A DNA stretch of 41,417 nucleotides from an uncultured archaeon (GCA_964645535.1 CAZYCQ010000029.1:1-41417); one strand, 5' to 3'. Counted from the stretch's first letter, positions 18,433-28,629 are shown. Made by a program: numbers and translations. Notes: generated from the letters alone by a model not told the origin.

Positions 18433-19230
18433 GTGAAACTATTCCGTAGCAGACAATCGGCATCGAACATTGTGGCAACCATGCTGATTTTCACAATGAT
18501 GGTCGTTGCAATGTCTCTTCTCTACTCAAGAATATCTCCATCTCTTATCGGCTATGAGGCTGAAACCAACGCAAATAATCAAGAATTCATTTTCCTCAAT
18601 ATCGAAACTCAGGTGACAAGACTTGCCACCCTCCCTCCAGGAAGTATCGCCACTGTTGATATCCTTTCCAGAGGGGCGGTATACGATGTCATCGATGGAA
18701 AAAATGTATCCATCGGAATTACTGGACGAAACAATACTGTTTTTGCAACTCCCTTCGGAATGTTCAAGGCAAGCCTAGATAAGCAATATCAAAGCGTATC
18801 CACAAGTCATTACCTTGAAGACGGGATCGAAGAAAATACCATGTTTATCAACGATTCTGTTGAAAATTTCGTCTTCGGCGTCTCAAAGGTAGATATCGAG
18901 ATTGGAAATGCCACCTATTGGCAATATTTCCGCGGCAAAATTGACTTGGTGCAGTTGGGCGGCACCTACTCTCTGAATATCTTCGTTTACCGAATTATGG
19001 CTGATCCAACAGATTTCCCACTCTTGCAATCGCAATGGGTTCTCAGACTTAGGAGAGGTGATCCCACCATCACTTCCAGAGTCATTCAAGCTGATGTCAA
19101 TGGCTTACGAATCAATCAGACTGCAACACATACAACTGATCCTCTCCTGACTTATTCCTTAAATGCCATTCCAGATGGAACCTTTGTGAATGTCAATTTT
19201 ATTGAGATTCCAATTTATTATGAGACTTAA
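18433..19230 (+). CDS. Archaeal type IV pilin-like protein with class III signal peptide
   Basis: Short basic N-terminus RSRQSA followed by SNIVATMLIFTMMVVAMSLLY, then a beta-rich body. Confidence 0.6.
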   Translation: MKLFRSRQSASNIVATMLIFTMMVVAMSLLYSRISPSLIGYEAETNANNQEFIFLNIETQVTRLATLPPGSIATVDILSRGAVYDVIDGKNVSIGITGRNNTVFATPFGMFKASLDKQYQSVSTSHYLEDGIEENTMFINDSVENFVFGVSKVDIEIGNATYWQYFRGKIDLVQLGGTYSLNIFVYRIMADPTDFPLLQSQWVLRLRRGDPTITSRVIQADVNGLRINQTATHTTDPLLTYSLNAIPDGTFVNVNFIEIPIYYET

Positions 19231-20134
19231 AATGATCCCATCCCCTACAATCCAAAGATATGCCATCAAAAACAGTTTTCCCTTCCACAAGCTTGCCAAT
19301 GGTCAACGCCTCCCCTATGTCCTCTTCTGAAATGAAGACAATTCCATATTCCTCTCCCCCATAGAACACCTCTTCAAGAAAGTTCTCGGTTTCAATCGCA
19401 TTCGTTCGAACTGCCTTGGCATCAATTTCTACTCCCAAGCCTGTTCCCTCCACCAAAGAACATAATGTGAGTGCTAATCCATCACTACAATCCATGCTTG
19501 CCTTGATGTGTCTTTTTCGATGTATCGACACAAAATCAAGCTGAGGTTTCAGTTGATAAAAATATGGCTCAATTAAGTCCTTTAATTCCTTTTCTGAATG
19601 GTTTTTTCTTAGCAATTTTTTCAGGGCAACAGCAGAGCTTCCAAAAGGGGGCCCCAACCAATATACCTTGTCCCCTTTCCGTAATTCTGCCGAATGCCTC
19701 GGTATCACTTTATCCTTGGCAAAACCATTGACTGCCACATCAATCACAACAGTTCCTCCTACATTGAGATCCCCTCCATGAAACTTAGCTCCTGCATCCC
19801 TGCATGCTCTAGATATGCCTTCAAGAATCTGAAGAGAATCTTCCACTAAGAAATTCCGCGGAAAGGTAAATGACACAATCGTTTGGATGGGTGTGGCTCC
19901 TTTGGCAATGACATCGCTCATCGCCGCCACACAGGCCTTATATCCCACCCAAAACCATGGCATGTCTGGAGGTCTGTCACTATCTGGAATGAAGCCATCG
20001 ATATTGGATACAAGAACCCCCTTTTCCACTGATACCGCAAATGAATCATCATCTGTCGAAAGTAAGTCTGCCGGATCTACGAACTTCCTTGCCTTTTTTA
20101 TCCATTCCCGCTCCGAAATTTCACCTATCTTCAT
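19199..20134 (-). CDS. thiL: Thiamine-monophosphate kinase
   Basis: DDD, GYKA....SDVIAKGA, GGDL, MDCSDGL, GGEEY and RGWDHF. Confidence 0.9.
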   Translation of the reverse strand: MKIGEISEREWIKKARKFVDPADLLSTDDDSFAVSVEKGVLVSNIDGFIPDSDRPPDMPWFWVGYKACVAAMSDVIAKGATPIQTIVSFTFPRNFLVEDSLQILEGISRACRDAGAKFHGGDLNVGGTVVIDVAVNGFAKDKVIPRHSAELRKGDKVYWLGPPFGSSAVALKKLLRKNHSEKELKDLIEPYFYQLKPQLDFVSIHRKRHIKASMDCSDGLALTLCSLVEGTGLGVEIDAKAVRTNAIETENFLEEVFYGGEEYGIVFISEEDIGEALTIGKLVEGKTVFDGISLDCRGWDHFKSHNKLESQ

Positions 20135-20142
20135 TTCGTCAC

Positions 20143-21270
20143 CTATGTGCAAATTAAATCTAGCTTGTCAGTTCGAACCGCATCTTCAACTTCCATCGCA
20201 ATTCTGTCTCCATAGCTAATACTTTCCAAATAGAGATACCCTGTATAGGGGGTGAATTGAGTTCCTGGCGAACCTGGTATCCTTAAGGATGCGTCAAAGA
20301 TAACAATATCCTCTTTCCCCTCTTCAGGAACCACCGCTCCTTGTAATCCGAAAGGTCCGATGATCCCCCTTCCATCAAGTTTCTTGGTTGCTGCTACGAA
20401 CTTCTCCCCCATGGCCATTGCCTTCTCTATGATACTCTCCTTGATGGTAACTGTGTAATGCCCAGTTTCAATGATCTTTGGTCGAATCATGCCCTTAATC
20501 TGAAGCTGCTGCTCTGCAGGTAACCTCAGTATTCCATCCAGATTTGTCTGTCTACGTGTGTCCGTTCCCATGAACTCCAATTCATCAGAAATCGGTGAAT
20601 AAAAATAATTGAAATTCACCTGTGCACCCAATACAAATTCCTCTATTACTGCCTCCTGCAATGCTTTCTCAGTAATAATCCCCTTCTCCATCATTTCCTT
20701 GCTCTTCGTCTGATAGCTTTCATAATCATGCACATAAAAAAATGCCCGTTCATAGCCCCTCAATGCCTCGTTTGCCTTGACGATACAAAGACGATCAATC
20801 TTTCGTGGATCCTCAAAAATTTTGGGGATTCTGATCTCTGCTTCCTGTAGAAGATGATATTGGTTATATGGCAGATCCCGTTCCTCAAGCTTCAACATGG
20901 ATCGAGAGCCAATAATGGGTACGGCAAACTCATTTTCAATCTTATTGAAATCACAGTAAACCCAAAAGTAACGATTATGCACAAACAAGGCATTCAGTTC
21001 TCTCAGCTTTTCTTGGACTTCTTCATTCACGACATCCGCAAATCTGTCCAGAACAATCACTTCATCCACAATTCCCTTTCCGCTCCGTCTCCTGTAGTAT
21101 TTGCTATAGGTCTTCTCTCTTCCCTTTTGAGCAACTACCAAGGTACGAAACCCTCTGCGTTTTGCTCCTCTGCATACATCCAATGCAGAATGGCCTCCAA
21201 GAACCGCGATAGTTAAATCTTCTTGGTTGTAGTTTTCCAGAATTTCCTTTATTCTCTTTTCATCAATCAT
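20143..21270 (-). CDS. purP: PurP family ATP-grasp protein (PurP-like paralogue)
   Basis: [24 protein letters not shown] and GPFGLQ. Confidence 0.85.
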   Translation of the reverse strand: MIDEKRIKEILENYNQEDLTIAVLGGHSALDVCRGAKRRGFRTLVVAQKGREKTYSKYYRRRSGKGIVDEVIVLDRFADVVNEEVQEKLRELNALFVHNRYFWVYCDFNKIENEFAVPIIGSRSMLKLEERDLPYNQYHLLQEAEIRIPKIFEDPRKIDRLCIVKANEALRGYERAFFYVHDYESYQTKSKEMMEKGIITEKALQEAVIEEFVLGAQVNFNYFYSPISDELEFMGTDTRRQTNLDGILRLPAEQQLQIKGMIRPKIIETGHYTVTIKESIIEKAMAMGEKFVAATKKLDGRGIIGPFGLQGAVVPEEGKEDIVIFDASLRIPGSPGTQFTPYTGYLYLESISYGDRIAMEVEDAVRTDKLDLICT

Positions 21271-22286
21271 TCAACCACCTCTTCAAACCTTCCCTGCTCC
21301 AAAGCTTCGCGTATCTCCAAAGCAATTCTTCTTCCCGTTGACATCGGCACGTCATACCGTAACCAAGTGTACGGGCTTCCATTGATGTATGGATTGGTGC
21401 CTGCCACAATCCTTGCAGAAATTTCAAAAGTGACGATTTCCCCCTCATCTGTCACAATCGTCTCAAGACAGAATGGACCATAAAGTCCACGGGACGTTAT
21501 CTCTCTGCTAGCTTCCACAACCTTTTCTCCCATTTCAAGAATGCGTGGTAGATAAGATTCCCTGACCACCAAGGGAATGTTTCCCATAACAAGATATGAC
21601 GGTGATATCCTCATTTCCATCTGATCTGATGACGGAATCCTGCCAAGCGCATCCACGTTGGTCTCATACCGCCTGTCAAAGCTCATGAGTTCAGTTTCAT
21701 CATTCAGGATGGAATGGAAGTAATGTATGTACAGTGGATTGCCCATGATATATTCCTGAATGACAAACCGTGTATCTCCGACTTGGCTTGCCTGATTGTC
21801 GTACTTCCGATGGAATTCCTCTTCCGACTTGGCAAAAAAATATCCCTTGCCACCTCCTGCACCAAAAAACTTGACAATTACAGGTCTATCAATCTTGTCC
21901 GGAGATTCAAAAGTGATTGGCATCCGTAAGCCTGCCTTCTGTAACCATTCTCTTTCCATCTGACGATCCGATTCCCAATCTAAGATTGCCTTATGTCCGA
22001 AATATGGCACTCTGAGCTTTTTGACCCTTTCCACGCCCATATAGGCAATAAACGATCCATGGGGGACCAAAACTGCATTCAGATCTATCAGTTCCTGCTC
22101 CAATCCCTCAAACTCTTCCAAACTGTCTACTGATATTATTTTGTCAGCCACCTTGAACTGTCGATATGGCTTCTCATTTCCCTTCCTGCAAATCGCTATG
22201 GTCTCGAACCCTTCATCCTTAGCTCCTTTAAGTATCTGTAGGGCAGAATGCGATGCAATGGTTGCTATTCTTACGTCAGAAGGCAT
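21267..22286 (-). CDS. purP: Formate--phosphoribosylaminoimidazolecarboxamide ligase
   Basis: [35 protein letters not shown] and MSTGRRIA. Confidence 0.93.
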   Translation of the reverse strand: MPSDVRIATIASHSALQILKGAKDEGFETIAICRKGNEKPYRQFKVADKIISVDSLEEFEGLEQELIDLNAVLVPHGSFIAYMGVERVKKLRVPYFGHKAILDWESDRQMEREWLQKAGLRMPITFESPDKIDRPVIVKFFGAGGGKGYFFAKSEEEFHRKYDNQASQVGDTRFVIQEYIMGNPLYIHYFHSILNDETELMSFDRRYETNVDALGRIPSSDQMEMRISPSYLVMGNIPLVVRESYLPRILEMGEKVVEASREITSRGLYGPFCLETIVTDEGEIVTFEISARIVAGTNPYINGSPYTWLRYDVPMSTGRRIALEIREALEQGRFEEVVE

Positions 22287-22368
22287 TTAACCTGAAGAAA
22301 AATTGAACCTAAAGAAAAGTTTTGGTCAAAAACTCACTAAAAGTTGACTGATATTGATATTGAATGAT

Positions 22369-22674
22369 TTAACCGAACAGACTTCCCAATCCAAGGTCTG
22401 CTTCGTCGATTTCCTCTTCTTCCTCTTCCTCTTCCTGCTTTTCCTCTTCGGCAGTTTCGGTGGTGGCACCGCCTGCCGCAGCAGGTGCAGCAGCAACCAT
22501 TGCAGCTGATGCGAGTGCCTCATCAATATCAACGCCCATCAGAGCAGCCACAAGGGACTTGACTCTGTTTGCGTCAACACTGACACCTGCAGCCTCAAGG
22601 ACAGCAGTCAGATTCTCTTCACTGATTTCTTTTCCAGCTTTGTGTAGAAGTAAAGCAGCATATAGGTATTCCAT
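22369..22674 (-). CDS. rpl12p: 50S ribosomal stalk protein P1 (aL12)
   Basis: [11 protein letters not shown], Ala-rich hinge, acidic tail and GLGSLFG. Confidence 0.97.
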   Translation of the reverse strand: MEYLYAALLLHKAGKEISEENLTAVLEAAGVSVDANRVKSLVAALMGVDIDEALASAAMVAAAPAAAGGATTETAEEEKQEEEEEEEEIDEADLGLGSLFG

Positions 22675-22694
22675 TTTGATATCTCTCCTATGAT

Positions 22695-23645
22695 TTAACC
22701 GAAGAGACTGCCAAGACCAAGATCGGCCTCATCAATCTCTTCCTCTTCTTCCTCTTCCTCGGCCTCTTCAGCCTCGGTTTCGGAAGCAGTATTCTCCGTT
22801 GCAGTGACTGCGACTGCACTTGCCATTTCCTTAAGCTCATCAGATAGGGTATTCTCGTCAATACCCACCAAGACACGTGCCAAAGCGAGAACTTTCGCCT
22901 GTGCAGAGGCAAGCACGCTTTCGGCTGTATCTGGGGTAACATAGCCGATTTCTGCCGCCAAATTGAGAGCCTGTCGGTGCGCAGTTGCCAACATGCCGGG
23001 ATAGTCCTTTGCCAGTTCTTCCTTGTCAATCAGGATTCCACCGCTCAAGGCCACCTCCAGTTCCAGACCGACCTCGAAAGGTGTCAGACCTAGCCTGTTG
23101 AGAATGACTGCCAAGGCCTTGTTGACCCTTTCGCCTTCCTTAACAACAACCGTGTCGTTTGGAATGGCGATGGTTCCCCTCTCTATACGGGTGGGAAGAC
23201 CTACGGCATTCAGCTCACTGATGAAGGTGCCCGGAGGAACACCTGTGTTCATCTTTGGAACCAGGACATCTTTGGGTGCAATCTGTCCCGGACGAGCTGC
23301 GGCAGGAACCTTATTCTTTGCTAAATATTGTGCAATCTCAAATGGACTGCCATTGGCGAACAAAAAGGCCGCATTTCCCGAAATGTACTCTTTCAGAGCC
23401 TGAACGTTTTCAACATCGTCCTTGACCCGATCAATGGCCAGCTTCATGAGCGTGTTCTTTGCCATCTTCAAGGAAGAACCCCTTTCCCTCAAATCCCTCC
23501 TGATTTGGTGGACTGAGGTCTCACTCATGGGTTCCATCTTGACAATGCCGATGACCGAGTATTTCTTCAAATTCTCAACAAGATAGTCGAGCGTAACCGC
23601 CTTTTTGGGACGGCTTGACTTCTTCTGCGATATGACGACGCTCAT
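22695..23645 (-). CDS. rpl10: 50S ribosomal protein P0 (uL10)
   Basis: [25 protein letters not shown] and acidic tail GLGSLFG. Confidence 0.96.
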   Translation of the reverse strand: MSVVISQKKSSRPKKAVTLDYLVENLKKYSVIGIVKMEPMSETSVHQIRRDLRERGSSLKMAKNTLMKLAIDRVKDDVENVQALKEYISGNAAFLFANGSPFEIAQYLAKNKVPAAARPGQIAPKDVLVPKMNTGVPPGTFISELNAVGLPTRIERGTIAIPNDTVVVKEGERVNKALAVILNRLGLTPFEVGLELEVALSGGILIDKEELAKDYPGMLATAHRQALNLAAEIGYVTPDTAESVLASAQAKVLALARVLVGIDENTLSDELKEMASAVAVTATENTASETEAEEAEEEEEEEEIDEADLGLGSLFG

Positions 23646-24295
23646 GCTTCTGCACCTCCGATCTCAACGGCAGGACCCATTGTTGTCTTGACATGCACAT
23701 GCTTGATGTTCTGTGCCCCCTGCTCAAGACGATTCTCAATGTCCCTGAGCACGACCTCAATATTCTCGGCAATCTCATCGTCATTCATGTCTCTTGTCGC
23801 AACACGAGCATGGATGACCGGATTCTGTCTCAACCTGAATTTCGTGGTCCGTGAGTACCTGTCGATCATTGTACCAAGATCTGCATTGGGAGGAAGAACA
23901 CTGGGGCTCTTGCCCAAAGGACCCAGATATCGACCAAGATTCTTACCGACCTCTGCCATCATCTGAGGGACAGCCAACACATAATCGACACTCTTGGCGA
24001 ATTTCTTCGCCTCCTTGGGATCCTTCGCCAACGCCTCCAATTGATCCTTGGTAAGGGTATAGGCAACCCCATACTCCTTGGCCTTGTCCAAAACATCATC
24101 CGGACCGACAACTGCCAGCCTCACCGGTTTGTTTGGACGGTGCGGAAGGACAATCTCTGCACGGAACCTCTTTGAAGGGTCTTTCAGATTAATGTTCTTC
24201 AGACCGATTGAGAGGTCAATGCTTTCCGTGAATTTTCTTTCTTTAGCAGCTTGCTTTGCTTTCTGAACTGCTTCCTTGATTGCTTTTCGATCGAT
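23642..24295 (-). CDS. rpl1p: 50S ribosomal protein L1 (uL1), apparently starting at non-canonical ATC
   Basis: The frame extends 57 codons upstream of the tracked ORF: IDRKAIKEAVQKAK...RKFTESIDL...LPH. It also has LGRYLGPLGK and VKTTMGP. An in-frame TGA lies three codons upstream of the ATC. Confidence 0.93.
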   Translation of the reverse strand: MDRKAIKEAVQKAKQAAKERKFTESIDLSIGLKNINLKDPSKRFRAEIVLPHRPNKPVRLAVVGPDDVLDKAKEYGVAYTLTKDQLEALAKDPKEAKKFAKSVDYVLAVPQMMAEVGKNLGRYLGPLGKSPSVLPPNADLGTMIDRYSRTTKFRLRQNPVIHARVATRDMNDDEIAENIEVVLRDIENRLEQGAQNIKHVHVKTTMGPAVEIGGAEA

Positions 24296-24302
24296 TGTTT
24301 GT

Positions 24303-24354
24303 CACCTCCTGCTCCTGAATCATAAATTCAGTCTACGCAGGTTTTCTGTAGACG
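24303..24354 (-). promoter_or_regulatory. rpl1 5' leader with a kink-turn overlapping the Shine-Dalgarno
   Basis: CCUGC-GUA-GA-CUGAAU-UUAUG-AUUCAG-GA-GCAGG followed by AGGUGA. Confidence 0.65.
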
Positions 24355-24618
24355 AAAAGTAAGCCTAGAATAGACTCACCTTACACATCAATGTTGATGC
24401 CAACTTTTTTAAATATGATGAAGCATCACGCTCCTCTCCCTGCCCTCCATTCCTTACCTTAAATTGCAAAATAAACCTGAATAGGGCTGTTGAAGCCTGT
24501 TCGTTCTAAGAATCCATGTCTGAGACTTCGATGCCTATAACCTCCTTTTGTTCTCTCTGCGTGTTCTTTAATCACTGCGTAATCAAAAAGCTTAAGTAGT
24601 TTTTTTTTTCTACAATTC

Positions 24619-25050
24619 ATGCCCACGCAAAAGTTGTGTGCAATCATGCTTCTGACTTTATTGGTGTTTCAACAGATCCCCTTTGTTCAGCAAAGGCAGG
24701 TATCTTCATTTCCCATTATGCTGGGAACTCCTGGCACAGAAGTTGCCGACCCTAATGGTACCGATCCTGCCTTTACCTATATGGTTGTTGCTGTAGCTCT
24801 GATTGCAATATATGGATTTAATAGGGAGGCTTCTCTTTACATTGGAATACGGCGCGATCCAACTGTGGATGAATTATACTCCATTCTAAAAACATCAAGC
24901 CAAAACCCCAACAATTGGAACTTTCAGCTTGGTCATGGGCACATCAATCTCTATTCGGCATACATAAATGGTAGAGCATACTTCCGTCCTATTGGTGGTG
25001 ATCCTGGAAGTGGATCTGGTTGTGGAACTACCACTTGTTTCTATTTCTGA
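24619..25050 (+). CDS. Small secreted/membrane hypothetical protein with Gly/Ser/Thr/Cys-rich C-terminus
   Basis: Signal-like N-terminus, a second hydrophobic segment, and the end GGDPGSGSGCGTTTCFYF. The SD of the next gene (GAGGTGA) overlaps its stop. Confidence 0.65.
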   Translation: MPTQKLCAIMLLTLLVFQQIPFVQQRQVSSFPIMLGTPGTEVADPNGTDPAFTYMVVAVALIAIYGFNREASLYIGIRRDPTVDELYSILKTSSQNPNNWNFQLGHGHINLYSAYINGRAYFRPIGGDPGSGSGCGTTTCFYF

Positions 25051-25061
25051 GGTGAAATGAA

Positions 25062-26216
25062 ATGAAAACGCATAGTCTAATCATTCTTCTTTGTTTATCT
25101 GTTATAATCCCTCTAAAGGCTTCTCCTTCTCTTGACATACCTGTCCTTAACTTTTTCGAAGAACAATCATTAACTTTACAAAATGGCTCTGTATTTGAGG
25201 CTTATTTGTCCTTTCCAGAATTCAACTTCCTTGAAACTGTGGAAAATATGGAAGTATATGTTAACAATATTTCTGGAAATGGGATTGTGCAGTTTACTTT
25301 CCTTACCGATGAACAAGCTAATTTTTCAGATGTAGAGATGAATAGTTCAACATTTCTCTATGAATTTGACGGAACAAAATATTTTCAAGGAACTGAAGAT
25401 GAGTATGTGGCTATTCATGAGTTCAATACTTCCCGCGATAAATACTCCTTTAAAGTAATCCGTAAAAACAATGGGAAATTCACTTACATCGATTCAGCGG
25501 ATATCTATGTTCATTACAAGATGATTGTCCGGTATTTAGGTGAGGGAACTGCCACATTTAATTTTGAAATGGTTCCATTGAATCAAATTGACTTGATCAC
25601 ATATGACGTGCTTCATTTAACCTCGGATAATCCAACTGTCTTAAATTTTATTGGTAAAAGAAACCCTTTAAATCTAACTATTGGATTGACAGAACCTGAT
25701 TCCTTGAATTCAAATCTTACAATCGTTTGGACCACCATGAACATCACTTCGGATATGACCCCCAAGAATTTCATGGAAAATCCATTTTTTTATGACAGTG
25801 ACTTTACCGGAAATTCTGTAGCTTACAACAACAGTTCCGGTATTTCACTTGTCAAAAACATAATCCCATCAATAAATGGTAGCAAAGTCTTTTTGGATCA
25901 CCCATATTTTGTTAGGACAAGCGAATATTCATGGAATAAACCTTATGAGGCCACTCCATTCCATTTATTATTCTTTTCAACAGTTTCTGTCACTATATGG
26001 ATACGGCTAACCACTTTTCTTGATGATGGAATTCCTACACTATTAAACTCTAATCAAATGTCTACTATTGATTCCAGTCAAATCGATCCACTTCCATTGC
26101 AAGGATTATTTTTTGGTTTGTTCCTTTTTATTATGATCTCCAAAAGGTTAAAAAAAGAAAAAATGGTTATCCTAAAGAATATGAATGGCGTTTTCCTTCT
26201 GTTTCTACTGAGGTGA
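25062..26216 (+). CDS. Predicted surface glycoprotein, paralogue 1 (signal peptide plus C-terminal TM and basic tail)
   Basis: Signal peptide, many N-x-S/T sequons, and C-terminal PLPLQGLFFGLFLFIMISKRLKK. Confidence 0.75.
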   Translation: MKTHSLIILLCLSVIIPLKASPSLDIPVLNFFEEQSLTLQNGSVFEAYLSFPEFNFLETVENMEVYVNNISGNGIVQFTFLTDEQANFSDVEMNSSTFLYEFDGTKYFQGTEDEYVAIHEFNTSRDKYSFKVIRKNNGKFTYIDSADIYVHYKMIVRYLGEGTATFNFEMVPLNQIDLITYDVLHLTSDNPTVLNFIGKRNPLNLTIGLTEPDSLNSNLTIVWTTMNITSDMTPKNFMENPFFYDSDFTGNSVAYNNSSGISLVKNIIPSINGSKVFLDHPYFVRTSEYSWNKPYEATPFHLLFFSTVSVTIWIRLTTFLDDGIPTLLNSNQMSTIDSSQIDPLPLQGLFFGLFLFIMISKRLKKEKMVILKNMNGVFLLFLLR

Positions 26217-27349
26217 TTATTGTGAAACGTGCTTATCTGTTGTTTTTGATGATGACAATTTCTCTGACCATTCCAATCAACGGTCAATCACCTGGAAGAC
26301 CTGTTTTTTATTTCCATACCAATTATGAAGTGACTCTTGAGAACAATTCTTCCTATGAGGCGATAATACCTTTCAACAATGATCGACATAGTGATACGCA
26401 GGTTTTCCTCAACCAATCTCTCGGAGACGGGCTGCTTCGCATCTTCTTCCTTTCTGATGAAGAGCTTGATCTTACAACAATTCCGTCCAACGCAACCTTT
26501 CTCTATGAACTTGACGGTGTCAGCTACTATGAACAGCCTAACAGAGAGATTATTGCTTATAGGGAAATTCCTATTGCTGGAGAAGGAGTCAATCCCTTCA
26601 TTGTCACAACCGATTGGAACCACATCAAAGAGCTTAATCTGACTCCTGAATGGAAAATGGTGCTATATTACAACGGAACCGAAACTGCAAAGCTCAATGT
26701 GTATTTGAGAAATCCAGGTACTGTAGACATCATAAATTATAGGGAACTCTCCTTAAATACATCTTCTCCCACTATTCTGGATTTTGTAGACAAGCGTGTT
26801 CCGATGAACCTGAGTATGGGTTTGGTGGATGAAACTGGTCTGAATTCCAACCTAACAGTTGTCTGGACCACCAAGAACGTCACTTCGGAGATGGTTCCCG
26901 AGGATTTCATGACCAATCCTTTCACTTACGACGGTATCAATTCGAAAAATTCCGTTGCCTACAACGATAGTACCGGACTTTCTTTGGTTCGAACGATTAA
27001 CCTAACTATGGAAGGTAAAACTATTTTCTTGGATCATCCCTTTTTCTTTGTTCTTGGCTTTTATAAAAATCCTTATGCATCCGTTTATCATTCCTACAAT
27101 TGGACAACTCCGGTTGATGCAACTCCCTTCCATTTACTGTTTTATGCAGAGGAACCTGTTACAATTTGGATTAAACTTACTAGATTTGTGAGCAATGGTT
27201 TTCCAATACTTCTCGCTTCAACTCAACCAAATTCGACAACAGTGCAAGAAAGTCCCTTCTTATCAAGTGGAATGATAATTGCTTTACTTATCGTAGCGTT
27301 GGCAAAAACCACCATCAAAAGAAAACAGAACTTGCCAACTAGGTTTTAA
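26213..27349 (+). CDS. Predicted surface glycoprotein, paralogue 2
   Basis: Shares LNSNLT.VWTT, NSVAYN, FLDHP and ATPFHLLF with paralogue 1. C-terminal SPFLSSGMIIALLIVALAKTTIKRK. Confidence 0.75.
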   Translation: MIIVKRAYLLFLMMTISLTIPINGQSPGRPVFYFHTNYEVTLENNSSYEAIIPFNNDRHSDTQVFLNQSLGDGLLRIFFLSDEELDLTTIPSNATFLYELDGVSYYEQPNREIIAYREIPIAGEGVNPFIVTTDWNHIKELNLTPEWKMVLYYNGTETAKLNVYLRNPGTVDIINYRELSLNTSSPTILDFVDKRVPMNLSMGLVDETGLNSNLTVVWTTKNVTSEMVPEDFMTNPFTYDGINSKNSVAYNDSTGLSLVRTINLTMEGKTIFLDHPFFFVLGFYKNPYASVYHSYNWTTPVDATPFHLLFYAEEPVTIWIKLTRFVSNGFPILLASTQPNSTTVQESPFLSSGMIIALLIVALAKTTIKRKQNLPTRF

Positions 27350-27608
27350 CCTATTCACCAATTTTCAAAATCAAAACATTGAAGTTTGCAAATCCTTTGA
27401 ATCTAGTCAGCAAGAAATTTTCTTCCCCCTCCTTTTCCACTTGAATGCATTGACCTATCAAAAACACAAATGACTTCTTCCTACAATTCATACGAAAGCT
27501 GTGCTGATTCACCATCATCTACAGACTCCCGAATTTCCTTTTCTCTCTTTTACGTCAACCCCTTCCTTAATTGAAAAGTAATAATACCTCTAATTTCAAC
27601 CAAAACCT

Positions 27609-27911
27609 ATGAAAGTAATTGCCGAAATAGTTACCTCTCCTGTCGGAGAGGGCGTAAGCCTCAGCAAATTTGTCAAGGAAGCAATCAAGGAAATTGACAA
27701 TTATCCCGGCATTCGGGTTCTCCACCATCCCATGGGTACTGTTGTCGAGGCAGACAGTGTTGATCAGGTTCTGGAAGTGACAAAGCTTGCTCATGAAGCC
27801 ATCTTCAAAGCAGGTGCAAAACGGGTAGTCACTACCTTGAAGATCGATGACAGAAGGGATAAGGATCGGCGGATGGAGGATAAGGTTAATGCTGTTACTA
27901 ACACAGACTGA
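27609..27911 (+). CDS. MTH1187/UPF0045 thiamine-binding family protein
   Basis: PVGEGVSLSKFV, HPMGTVVE and KIDDRRDK. Confidence 0.9.
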   Translation: MKVIAEIVTSPVGEGVSLSKFVKEAIKEIDNYPGIRVLHHPMGTVVEADSVDQVLEVTKLAHEAIFKAGAKRVVTTLKIDDRRDKDRRMEDKVNAVTNTD

Positions 27912-28505
27912 AAGAATCTCCCAAACAATCCCTCTTGAACGTATTCAGACACTGTGAAAACTTCCCTGTCATCAATTATCCTTCAATTTTTGAATTTTCA
28001 TCCAAAACCAAAAACTTTCCTTTTAACAATCATATCTTTTACAAAATTACAATGATGTTGGAATAAATGGTGTTTATGGAATGGACATACCTGGAAATAG
28101 TGTTGTAGCTCGACTTGCCTATGAGAAAATGAAGACTTTACCGACTGAGTGGCAACCTATAATTCCATGATGCCATCTTCATGGTTGAAATAATATTTTT
28201 GACAAATATTATTCCATCATATCTTTTTTTCTATGCCAGCATTCATTATATAAATTATGATCTTTCAAGCATTGCGCTTATCCCTCCGATTGAAAAGCAG
28301 CTTCCTGCCTGACTTTGACCGATTATTATTTTTCAATGAAAATCAGGTTGGTACTTGTGTTTACTTTTGACCTTATTCACTATTTGAACTCCATTGGAAA
28401 AAATGACCTCTTCCAACACCCTTACTTGCGCGACATATCATATTCCTTTTTAACTGAAATGCGAAAAGTCAATTGTCTTCAGTAGGTTTCACGAGTTTGG
28501 AACCA

Positions 28506-28601
28506 CTTTAATCGACCGTTTCCTTTGCCCACTGCGGCAATCAACGGCGATGAGCATAGGATACCCCCTAGTCTCTTCTTCTAGCAAACGGTCGATTAAA
28601 G
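28506..28601. repeat. 16-bp perfect inverted repeat enclosing internal hairpins
   Basis: CTTTAATCGACCGTTT (28506-28521) and AAACGGTCGATTAAAG (28586-28601). Confidence 0.8.
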
Positions 28602-28629
28602 GTTGAAACGACGGTAGGATGTAATCAGC

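Noticed and set aside
22369-22760. Identical C-termini of P0 and P1 ([17 protein letters not shown])
   Set aside because: A known conserved stalk feature, not a novel repeat.
24459-24647. Short ORF with RSLRHGF, resembling the tyrosine-recombinase HxLRH box
   Set aside because: The motif is imperfect, the ORF is 62 aa, and there are no other integrase motifs or att sites.
28030-28170. Open frame ...DVGINGVYGMDIPGNSVVARLAYEKMKTLPTEWQPIIP in an AT-rich spacer
   Set aside because: May be a gene remnant, but it has no convincing start or recognisable homology.
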